Source: Zancudomyces culisetae HAW-14-8 (lineage: Eukaryota; Fungi; Kickxellomycota). From it: a stretch of 64,000 nucleotides of DNA. Of the stretch, positions 1 through 9,066 are shown piece by piece. Position 1 is the stretch's first letter. Each line of letters begins with the position of its first letter. The stretch is taken from assembly GCA_052426225.1 (NCBI GenBank), contig JBNJNM010000006.1, positions 372,001 to 436,000 on the forward strand. Reading direction: 5' to 3'. The translations under genes and the position numbers were made by a program. Under the pieces are notes generated by a model. It saw only the letters and a list, made by a program, of their open reading frames with translations. It had not been told where the DNA came from and did no database searches.

Positions 1-168
1 AGTCTACTTCTGTGTTTACTAATAATAATTAAATATGTGTAAACTACAAACAAATATTAAACAAGTAAGTCAAACAATTAAGTATAATACTATAAATAAT
101 AAATATTTACAAGAAAATATCATAAAATCATATAAATATTTATATAAATGATAAACATATAGGTATGT

Positions 169-540
169 TTACTCATTATATAACATTGTCGCATAATGTG
201 AAGTATCACTACTTCCATTAGCGCTACCATAACGTGCTATACCGGTTCTGGTACGATCACTGATGGTTGATGCACTTCTATTGCGTAATGCAATGTGCAT
301 CGAGGGGTGCTCGGGTGAGCTAATACCCCTGTACAGTGTCGGTGAAATTGTACTCACCGACATTTCTTCCGGGCTCCTACGGATCTGGAGTTGACGGACA
401 CTTTCTGTCAACTCACCAAGGGTGCGGGGACTTAATACCCCTGCATCCTGATCCATGCTGCTGCCCCTGCTCATGCTGGTAGAAGTGTGTGACTCCCTCC
501 TGGAGTCACATTCGGTTCCAATCCAACTGTTTAAAAACAT
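169..540 (-). CDS. Small orphan Ser-rich protein (123 aa), paralogue A of a head-to-head pair
   Basis: GC-richer ORF in very AT-rich flanks. Its 47-codon core RGSSMDQ...SPTLYR aligns with ORF 7740-8081, with about 18 synonymous versus 4 non-synonymous codon differences. Confidence 0.75.
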   Translation of the reverse strand: MFLNSWIGTECDSRRESHTSTSMSRGSSMDQDAGVLSPRTLGELTESVRQLQIRRSPEEMSVSTISPTLYRGISSPEHPSMHIALRNRSASTISDRTRTGIARYGSANGSSDTSHYATMLYNE

Positions 541-1446
541 TATTGCTAATTTATCTTTTGGTTTTATTTGATTTTATTTAATTATTTTATTATAGTATTC
601 CGTATCGAGACATGGATGATGTTTTCATATGTCATCCATACGTCTCCTTAAATATACTATTCGAATGTTAAACCACTATATAAAAACTAAATACTAAAAT
701 ATGACTATTGTTATAATATTATTAATAATTTGTTTGTTATTAATGATAAATGTAAAATGCATGGGATCATTTTACATTTTACATTCATCATTATTGAACT
801 AGCTCAGTATGAAAAATTGATTGCATACTGAGCTCAAAATTATTTGAAAATATTTAAAAAAAGTAAACAAAAATGAATTTGCATTTTCGTACTGAGTGTA
901 CCATTTTCAGGCACATCCGCGTACTCTTGTACAAATTGTTAATAATGCGACACACGACAAAACTGTAGTGAATTTTTATTAAACTACTTGATGATTTTAA
1001 ATTTAGATTCTCTGATATGATTTTTATACTCATAGGTAAAAAAATGTACTAGGATTAACTTTCCACGTTGGTTGTTTACAACGTGGTGTAGCTATTAGCT
1101 GCTATGAAAGACAATTGCAACCATGTCCTTATGATATTGATGCAATTCTTAACTAAATAATCAGTAGGTGTATGCCTCTGATTGTTAAAATACTATAAAT
1201 AGACTAATAATAAACTAATAAACGTTGTATGAGGAAAAACACATTGGGAAAAAGTGGTCATACAATAAGGTGCTACTAATTATACGACATAATGTTGTAT
1301 GCAAAATAGAATGTTTGCATACTATTGGTTAATTTTATAGTTAGTAATTTTATTAGATTTTCTAGTAAAATTTAGTATTTTAGAAAATATTATTTTGAAT
1401 CTTAAATAAATTGTCAAATTTTGACCCATATAAATGTTCCGGTTTC

Positions 1447-1858
1447 TGTCATGAACTGATTCTAGCATGTTCGAAAACGTTCTAGAATCATCTGATTTTA
1501 TTCCGCAGTAATGTTTAGAATGTTGGGAAACATTCTAGAACATTTCCGAACATTCACATTATTTATTAATTTTTCTTACGTAATAATTTTCACATGTTTA
1601 ATTTTATTAGCATTCGAGTTTGATTTTTGTTTGATTACTAATCAAATTGGATTAGTAATCAAACACGTTTTTCTTTAACTTGCATTTTTAGCTATTCCGC
1701 AGTTTTCATAGTGATTTTGTTCAAAAACCAAGGCTGGAAAAAAGTATAAAAAGGGTACAATTTTCCTGTCTTGGATTCAGTATCTAGTATCTTGTATACA
1801 TTCATACAATAAACTTTAATAATAATAAATATAACTCTCCTGACTCCAGATCTTGACA
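1447..1858 (+). repeat. 5' LTR of chromovirus copy 1
   Basis: Direct repeat of 6748-7159; TATAAAAA at 1745-1752; AATAAA at 1808-1813. Confidence 0.97.
1460..1665 (+). promoter_or_regulatory. U3 stress-response module: two heat-shock-element arrays plus TTACGTAA/TTACTAA bZIP (Yap/AP-1-type) sites
   Basis: Alternating TTC/GAA at 5-bp period (1460-1487, 1518-1555); TTACGTAA near 1577; 16-bp inverted repeat 1628-1665 with TTACTAA in each arm. Present in all four LTRs of this family. Confidence 0.7.
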
Positions 1859-1860
1859 CT

Positions 1861-1869
1861 ATACTAGAT
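1861..1869 (+). other. Self-priming PBS (non-tRNA)
   Basis: No TGG tRNA-type PBS after the LTR. ATACTAGAT is the exact complement of ATCTAGTAT (1782-1790), about 30 nt after the TATA box. Confidence 0.75.
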
Positions 1870-1918
1870 CAAAATATTATATTTATTATTTTCTGACACC
1901 AGCCTAAGTATTTTAACC

Positions 1919-3139
1919 ATGGAACCGTTTAGCCCAGAACAAGTTGAATTCCTCAACAAAGCCGCCGTGACCCTGCCAGCAGTTGAAGACGCCCTCCAGC
2001 AACTACTAATAAGAGTAGAAAAAGCCGAGTCTGCCATCAAGGAACACCCTGCCACAGTATCCAAGAAAATTTATGACAAGGTCAAAGCAGACACCACCAA
2101 GTCCATCCAGACCATTCTTGACTCCATGAACAACCTCCAGTCCGATATCCAGAATTCAGACCAGCTGACCCAAAGCGCCATACAGGCCAACCAGTTGGAA
2201 ATCCAATCCCTTCAGGACCAGCTCAGTACCCTCAGGAACGAAGTCATACTTTATATAACTGAAAACCGTGCCACCAAAGTTGCTAGTACTTCTGAACCTA
2301 GTATCAAAGTAAGACACCCAGACACATTTTCAGGAAAACCCTCCGCCTGTTCCAACTTCTTTTCACAGCTTGCTCTCGTCTTTGCCGCTTCACCCGATAA
2401 ATTCAACACAGACTCAAGTAAAGTCTTGTATGCCATCTCCTACCTCTCAGGCACACCATTCAGTTACATGGAACCTTACCTCATGAAAGCAAACCTTCCA
2501 GAATCTGACCGTCCTGCCATCCTCTCCAACTACAATCTGTTTAAAGAAACTATCACTCGTGCCTTTGGTGATCCCAACCCTATTGAGAATGCTGATAGGG
2601 CAATCCGCCAACTCCGCCAAACCACTTCCGTTGCCGCATATGCCACCGAGTTTAGACGCCTACAGATGTTAATTGACTGGAACCAACCACCTTTGATCTC
2701 ACAGTTTCTATCCGGTCTCAAGTACAACGTATCCCAAGAACTCAACCGTAGAGAACCAATAGAAGACATCGATACCCTGATCTCTACAGCCATCCAGATC
2801 GACAACCGCCTCTTCAGCCATCCACAACGTCGTCAACCTCCAGTTAACCCCACTGCAACTATGCCACCCAAACCCACTGCTTACAACCCGTTTGCTTCAC
2901 CTGTTTCTGCACCATCTACCACTCCACCAGCTAATAGTGATGGACCTCAACCAATGGATCTCAGTACCGCTTCATCGACTAGAAGACCACCACTTACTTC
3001 TGCTCAAAGAGCATACCGTATCGAAAACAACCTCTGTCTCTATTGTGGCGGTAATGACCATTTCAACATCAACTGTCCAAAGAAACGCCACAACATCTCC
3101 AGCATTACACCAACACAGGAAAACGACACCGCCCAGTAG
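1919..3139 (+). CDS. gag: Gag (retrotransposon capsid, CCHC zinc knuckle)
   Basis: PDTFSG...FF capsid motif, IRQLRQTTSVAAYATEF, PQPMDL, CLYCGGNDHFNINC knuckle. Confidence 0.95.
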   Translation: MEPFSPEQVEFLNKAAVTLPAVEDALQQLLIRVEKAESAIKEHPATVSKKIYDKVKADTTKSIQTILDSMNNLQSDIQNSDQLTQSAIQANQLEIQSLQDQLSTLRNEVILYITENRATKVASTSEPSIKVRHPDTFSGKPSACSNFFSQLALVFAASPDKFNTDSSKVLYAISYLSGTPFSYMEPYLMKANLPESDRPAILSNYNLFKETITRAFGDPNPIENADRAIRQLRQTTSVAAYATEFRRLQMLIDWNQPPLISQFLSGLKYNVSQELNRREPIEDIDTLISTAIQIDNRLFSHPQRRQPPVNPTATMPPKPTAYNPFASPVSAPSTTPPANSDGPQPMDLSTASSTRRPPLTSAQRAYRIENNLCLYCGGNDHFNINCPKKRHNISSITPTQENDTAQ

Positions 3140-3177
3140 ACAGTAAGGGACACCTATTGGGCAACTTAGCCAGTCCC
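3118..3177 (+). other. -1 programmed ribosomal frameshift signal (G GAA AAC + H-type pseudoknot)
   Basis: The pol frame is -1 to gag and open from 3058. Heptamer 3118-3124, 6-nt spacer, stem GCCCAGTAG/CTATTGGGC, loop GGGAC pairs with GTCCC 3173-3177. Confidence 0.75.
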
Positions 3178-6100
3178 CACGCCACTGTAACCACTCCTGT
3201 TTCTGACACCCAATCTCCTGATAAACCAAACACCTTGACCATTCCTGTAACCATCTTGTCCAAGCACCACCACATCAAAACCTACGCTATGGTTGATTCT
3301 GGTGCTTCGTCCTCGTTCATTGACGCCACCTTTGCTCTAAAAAACAATCTACCATCTATATCTAGAAAAATGACAATCACGCTCGCTGACGGATCAAAGC
3401 TTAGATCCAACTCTGCCTCCCAAGTAACACTAAAAATCAATGATAACCATCTCGAAAGTATCTATCTGCAACAACTAGATCTTGGATCTTCACCAATCAT
3501 CCTTGGTCTTTCCTGGCTTCAAAAACACAATCCTGACATCAACTGGACTGAGAACATAGTCCATCTGCCTTGTACCTTGACTTCTTGTGGGCCCAACCAT
3601 GTCAACCTAGACATATCTCTTGTGGGCTCAAACCAGTTTAAAGAACATCTGAAGGCACCAGACACTGTCTATGCTGGTGCAATTACCGTGAACAATCTTG
3701 AATCTCTTGTAGCTCCTGAATCCTGTGAAAATCTCTGTCTTGTCTCTGAATCTAATCCTGAAACCCCTGTTACTCCTGTAATCCCTGAAAAGTATAAAAT
3801 GTTTGAATCTGTCTTCTCTGAATCCCAATCTGCCAAACTGCCTGAACATCGTCCATATGATCATACCATTCCTTTGCTTCCTGTCTCAAAGATACCATAT
3901 GGCCCATTGTACAACCTTTCCCAATTGGAACTAAAGACCCTGTACGACTACATTCAGGAAAACCTAGCCAATGGTTTTATCCAACGCTCTGAATCCCCGG
4001 CTGGGGCTCCCGTCCTATTTGTAAAAAAGAAAGATGGTAGTCTCCGGTTGTGCGTCGACTATAGAGCCCTGAATAAGATCACTGTCCCCAACCGTGCAGC
4101 CTTGCCACTCATCTCTGAAACCTTGGATCGGCTTGGCAAAGCCAAGATATTCACCAAGCTGGATATGAAATCCGCATACCACATGATCAGGATCTCGCCT
4201 GGTGAAGAATGGAAGACCGCGTTTCGTACACGCTACGGCCACTTCGAGTATAAGGTCATGCCGTTTGGCCTTATGAATGCTCCAGCCACGTTCCAGTCCT
4301 TTGTTAACGATCTCTTCCGTGAATACATTGATCAATTCCTTGTTGTGTACATCGATGATCTGTTAATCTACTCAGATGATATCGATAAGCACTATGACCA
4401 CGTCTGCCTTGTCTTGAAGAAGCTTCAGGAACACAATCTCACCCTCAAGCTAGAGAAATGTGAGTTTGATGTACAATCAGTACAGTTCCTCGGTTTTGTA
4501 ATTGGCCCCAACGGAATCTCCATGGATCCATCAAAAGTATCCAGCGTCACCGAATGGAAGACACCAACTTGTGTCCGTGACGTTCAGGTATTCCTTGGCC
4601 TTACAAACTTCTACCGCCGTTTTATTCTGAACTACTCCAAGATATCTCTGCCACTCACCGCCTTGTTGAAAAAAGGTGTTCAATTCCAGTGGACACCCAA
4701 AGCTGAAGAAGCTTTCGCCTTGCTAAAAGAAACCATGATCAGTAACCCAGTCTTAGCTCACTACAATCCTGACCAGCCTTGTATCATCGAAACCGATGCA
4801 TCAGATTTTGCATTAGGTGCCATTTGCAGCCAGTATGACAACGAGGGACAACTCCACCCTGTTGCATACTACTCCCGGAAACTCCTGCCTGCTGAAGTGA
4901 ATTATCAAATCTATGATAAGGAACTGTTAGCAATTATCGACGCTTTTGCTCACTGGCGTCACTACCTTGAATTTTCTGTACACCCAACCGTTGTTATGAC
5001 CGACCATAAAAACTTGGAATACTTCTCCACTATCAGAAATCTTAGTCGCCGCCAAGTCAGATGGTCAGAATACCTCAGTAACTTCAACTTTGTCATCAAG
5101 TACCGCCCTGGAAAACAGAACACTGCCGCCGATGCTCTTTCTCGGAAAGACCAACCTTGGAAGGGGGGTGACTCCCGTACTGACCAAAACAAAATAACTT
5201 TGCTGCCTCCTGAAATCTTCTTGAAGTCCATGACTAGTACACCTGTTGAACCTTTGTCCTCCACGCTCATGAACAACATCAAGTCACTACAACCCAAAGA
5301 CACGTACTTTGGACCCATTTACACTGACTTATCCAAGAAACCTGATTCCCATGAAAAGTTCGCTCTTGTTGACAATCTTCTGCACTATGATGGACTAATC
5401 TGTATCCCCTCGGACGACAACATCAAAAGAACAATTCTGATTGAATGCCATGATTCCCCTGCTGTCGGCCACTTTGGAAATGCAAAGACATACGAACTTG
5501 TATCTCGCAACTTTTACTGGCCAACCATGAGAAAATATATCAAAGACTACATCTCTGGTTGCGATACCTGTCAACGCAACAAATCCTCTCGCCATAAACC
5601 ATATGGCTACCTCGCTCCACTTCCCGTTCCTGATTCACCTTGGTCATCTGTTTCTGTCGACTTCATCACTCAGCTACCTCCATCCAATAACTTTACTGCA
5701 ATCTGTGTATTTGTGGATCGCCTTACCAAGATGGCGCATTTTGTTCCCACAACCAATGAAATTGATGCTGAAGGTACTGCAGATCTATTTATCCAACATG
5801 TCTTCTGCAAACATGGGCTCCCTAAAGACATCGTATCTGATAGAGGTGTGACCTTCAATTCATCATTCATGCGTTATCTAATGAAATCACTGAATATTGA
5901 ACAGAAAATGTCCACCGCATTCCATCCTCAGACAGATGGACAAACTGAACGCGTAAACTCAGTATTGGAACAGTATCTCAGGTGCTACATTGATTACCAA
6001 CAAACTGATTGGTCAAAGTGCTTACCAATTGCCGAATTCGCCTACAACAACACATCTCATGCTTCTACTAAAACCACACCTTTCTACGCCAACTATGGCT

Positions 6101-6735
6101 TCCATCCACGCTTCTCAGTCATAATCCCTCGTACTCAAGTTTTAAATCCTGCCTCCTCTGATAGATCCAAACGACTATCTGATATCCACCAAGAACTGAA
6201 GTTTAACATCTCCCTTGCCCTTGAAGACCATGAGAAATACTACAACCGAAAAGTATCATCACAACCTGACTTCAACATTGGTGATCTTGTCTATCTATCA
6301 ACTAAAAACATCAGGACTCAAAGACCAAGCAAGAAGCTTGACTATCGGAAACTTGGTCCATTCAAAGTATTGGAAAAGATTGGACAAAGATCATACAAAC
6401 TTCAGCTACCACACACAATGAAGATTCACCCAGTATTCCACGTCAATCTCCTTGAACCTTGTAAACCAGATCTGATCCCAGACAGACTATCAAAACCGCT
6501 TCCACCTGTGATCATTGACGGTCAAGAAGAATATGAAGTTGAGAAAATCCTAGATAGTAAAATATTTGGTAGAACTGTCAAATACCTGGTACACTGGAAA
6601 GGATACCCAGACACTGAACGTACCTGGCAAACATATTCTGACTTAGCAAATGCAAAATATCTTGTCACTGAATTCCATCATCACCATCCTCAAAAACCAA
6701 AGCCAACACAAATGCTTCACGGAGCTCAGCCTTAA
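3157..6735 (+). CDS. pol: Pol polyprotein PR-RT-RNaseH-IN-chromodomain, expressed by frameshift (the TTG start is nominal)
   Basis: AMVDSGA protease; YIDD RT; ETDASD RNase H; HHCC, DDE and GPF integrase; EYEVEKILD...YLVHWKGY chromodomain. Confidence 0.97.
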   Translation: MGNLASPHATVTTPVSDTQSPDKPNTLTIPVTILSKHHHIKTYAMVDSGASSSFIDATFALKNNLPSISRKMTITLADGSKLRSNSASQVTLKINDNHLESIYLQQLDLGSSPIILGLSWLQKHNPDINWTENIVHLPCTLTSCGPNHVNLDISLVGSNQFKEHLKAPDTVYAGAITVNNLESLVAPESCENLCLVSESNPETPVTPVIPEKYKMFESVFSESQSAKLPEHRPYDHTIPLLPVSKIPYGPLYNLSQLELKTLYDYIQENLANGFIQRSESPAGAPVLFVKKKDGSLRLCVDYRALNKITVPNRAALPLISETLDRLGKAKIFTKLDMKSAYHMIRISPGEEWKTAFRTRYGHFEYKVMPFGLMNAPATFQSFVNDLFREYIDQFLVVYIDDLLIYSDDIDKHYDHVCLVLKKLQEHNLTLKLEKCEFDVQSVQFLGFVIGPNGISMDPSKVSSVTEWKTPTCVRDVQVFLGLTNFYRRFILNYSKISLPLTALLKKGVQFQWTPKAEEAFALLKETMISNPVLAHYNPDQPCIIETDASDFALGAICSQYDNEGQLHPVAYYSRKLLPAEVNYQIYDKELLAIIDAFAHWRHYLEFSVHPTVVMTDHKNLEYFSTIRNLSRRQVRWSEYLSNFNFVIKYRPGKQNTAADALSRKDQPWKGGDSRTDQNKITLLPPEIFLKSMTSTPVEPLSSTLMNNIKSLQPKDTYFGPIYTDLSKKPDSHEKFALVDNLLHYDGLICIPSDDNIKRTILIECHDSPAVGHFGNAKTYELVSRNFYWPTMRKYIKDYISGCDTCQRNKSSRHKPYGYLAPLPVPDSPWSSVSVDFITQLPPSNNFTAICVFVDRLTKMAHFVPTTNEIDAEGTADLFIQHVFCKHGLPKDIVSDRGVTFNSSFMRYLMKSLNIEQKMSTAFHPQTDGQTERVNSVLEQYLRCYIDYQQTDWSKCLPIAEFAYNNTSHASTKTTPFYANYGFHPRFSVIIPRTQVLNPASSDRSKRLSDIHQELKFNISLALEDHEKYYNRKVSSQPDFNIGDLVYLSTKNIRTQRPSKKLDYRKLGPFKVLEKIGQRSYKLQLPHTMKIHPVFHVNLLEPCKPDLIPDRLSKPLPPVIIDGQEEYEVEKILDSKIFGRTVKYLVHWKGYPDTERTWQTYSDLANAKYLVTEFHHHHPQKPKPTQMLHGAQP

Positions 6736-6747
6736 GAGGGGAGGTCG

Positions 6748-7159
6748 TGTCATGAACTGATTCTAGAATGTTCGAAAACGTTCTAGAATCATCTGATTTT
6801 ATTCCGCAGTAATGTTTAGAATGTTCCCCAACATTCTAGAACATTACCGAAAATTCACATTATTTATTAATTTTTCTTACGTAATAATTTTCACATGTTT
6901 AATTTTATTAGCATTCGAGTTTGATTTTTGTTTGATTACTAATCAAATTGGATTAGTAATCAAACACGTTTTTCTTTAACTTGCATTTTTAGCTATTCCG
7001 CAGTTTTCATAGTGATTTTGTTCAAAAACCAAGGCTGGAAAAAAGTATAAAAAGGGTACAATTTTCCTGTCTTGGATTCAGTATCTAGTATCTTGTATAC
7101 ATTCATACAATAAACTTTAATAATAATAAATATAACTCTCCTGACTCCAGATCTTGACA
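6748..7159 (+). repeat. 3' LTR of chromovirus copy 1
   Basis: Follows the PPT; followed by TSD GTTTC. Confidence 0.97.
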
Positions 7160-7739
7160 GTTTCATTTATACGTATGACTAGAAAGTGGTAACTAGTTAA
7201 AAGAGTTAAACCCAGTCTAGTGATACCACCCCTCTAGTAGAACCAGTTAGAATTCATAATAAATTGAATCTAACAAAAACACATGTGTCGAATGAGAAAA
7301 ACTATTAAACTACTATTAATGCATGGATATACATTTCCATATTTTAATAGTTTGAATTAAAACTGGGCATAATTTAAAAAATTAAGAAAATGAAAATTAA
7401 TGGACTCAGCATGAAATAATTATTCATACTGCGTCCATGCAATAATGATGAATGTAGTATGGGAAATGTTCAAATACATGTTCATACTACATCAATAATA
7501 TCAAACCTAAATATTATTTTATTAGTTATACCTTATCATGTTTATAGTCTATTTGGAGAACAAAATGATTTTATAGTTTATATTTAAAGGATACATGGTG
7601 GAAAAGAAACCATCATCCATGTCCTACCATACGGATTAGTAATAAAGATTATCTAAATAAAGATTTTTAAACAGCAGCAAAAATAAAAGTAAAAAAAATA
7701 ATGATCAACTAACTTTTTGGTACAGGTGCGAATGAATCT

Positions 7740-8081
7740 ATGAGAGATTCTTCCATCTCATCAAACAGCACCAGGGGCAGTAGCATGGACCAAGAGACAG
7801 GGGTGTTAAGCCCCCGAACACTTGGGGAGTTGACGGAAAGTGTTCGTCAACTTCGAATCCGTAGAAGCCCGGAGTCAATGTCCGTGAGTACTATCTCACC
7901 GACATTGTATAGGGATAATAGCTCAACTGAGCCTCCCTTGATGCACATCACGCTACGGGGTAGCAGTGCATCAATATCCAGTGATTATACCCGAACCGGT
8001 ATGTCACGTGAAGAGACTAGTATTCAGAACTCTGAGGGTTTTGAATACTACGATTGTTGTATAAAATATTATACGTTATAG
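7740..8081 (+). CDS. Small orphan protein (113 aa), paralogue B; possibly N-truncated
   Basis: Homologous to 169-540. An in-frame upstream ATG at 7701, roughly equivalent to the paralogue start, is followed by TAA at 7710-7712. Confidence 0.65.
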   Translation: MRDSSISSNSTRGSSMDQETGVLSPRTLGELTESVRQLRIRRSPESMSVSTISPTLYRDNSSTEPPLMHITLRGSSASISSDYTRTGMSREETSIQNSEGFEYYDCCIKYYTL

Positions 8082-8326
8082 ATTTCTCATCTATTGTAAT
8101 TAATAGTGTTATTTTATTGGTTATTTATTTAATAGTTTTTGTAGTTGATTCTGTAGTATTTAAAATAATGAAATTTTTAGATAAATAAATATGTCGTCTC
8201 TTGAATATAATAATAGTACTTATAAATATTTATAAACAGTAACTATTAGCGGCCCGTCTCGTGTAGTGCTTGGAAGCCAATAGCTTTCAAGTAGGACGTA
8301 AAACATTTCTACTACACGACACGACA

Positions 8327-8658
8327 TGTCGTATGAAGATACGATTTTATATAATTAGCTTTATTTATTCATTAGGTTTTTAGTTAATAGTTTTGAATTT
8401 GGACCTTTTTTCCCCCTGTGGTTTTTGTCCAATAGTTTAGTTAGTTATTTACATTATATTTCCTCATTAATTATATTATTATCTGGGGGTTAAAGCAACC
8501 GCCCACTTTGAATTAAATAAAAACACATCTTAACAAAATATTAAGTTAAACATATATAGTATTAAAAACAACAATAATACTAATATAATATACTGAGTAA
8601 TAAACATATAATACAATAAGAATATTAAATAATCATAGAATTGTGAAAATCTATAACA
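8327..8658. mobile_element. Putative solo LTR (332 bp), unrelated family
   Basis: TGTCGTA...TATAACA termini, flanked by CGACA (8322-8326) and CGAC (8659-8662), the same target as the adjacent elements. Confidence 0.6.
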
Positions 8659-8662
8659 CGAC

Positions 8663-9062
8663 TGTCGTGCTAGTTTTATAAGCAGACACTTTTGATTATG
8701 AATGGGTGGATGATGATTTTATTTATGTCCTTTTTTCGGACGGTTTATATATAAATTTTTACATAAATCCTCTAAGTAAATAAAAATAACGATAAAATAA
8801 TTATGTAAGTAATATCCATAGCTTGCTTACTAATTTGAAACGTAGCTTACTAATTTAGATAACTAATGACTAATATAGATAACTAATGACTAATAGAATG
8901 ATAAGAATGAATGTGAAACTAGATGAGATGGTCATCGAGTTTCACATCGATAAATTTCGATAAAATAATTGAAGTAAATACTTCATTATTTTATCGAAAT
9001 TTATCGATGTTATTCTCTTGTAAAACCCAGTGGGAAAAATTCAGAGAATCACATTCACGACA
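8663..9062. mobile_element. Solo LTR (400 bp), unrelated family
   Basis: Perfect 7-bp terminal inverted repeat TGTCGTG...CACGACA; CGAC on both sides (8659-8662, 9063-9066); internal tandem repeats and a long hairpin. Confidence 0.8.
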
Positions 9063-9066
9063 CGAC

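Larger units (their letters stand above)
1447..7159 (+). mobile_element. Intact Ty3/Gypsy chromovirus LTR retrotransposon (Tf1/sushi-like), copy 1
   Basis: 412-bp LTRs (TGTCA...TGACA) at 1447-1858 and 6748-7159; 5-bp TSD GTTTC (1442-1446, 7160-7164); PPT AAGAGGGGAGG 6734-6744; intact gag and PR-RT-RH-IN-chromodomain pol. Confidence 0.98.

Noticed and set aside
8315-9066. CRISPR-like repeat-spacer array
   Set aside because: Repeats are only 4-5 bp and the 330-400 bp units have TG..CA ends; these are TSDs in a eukaryote with no cas genes.
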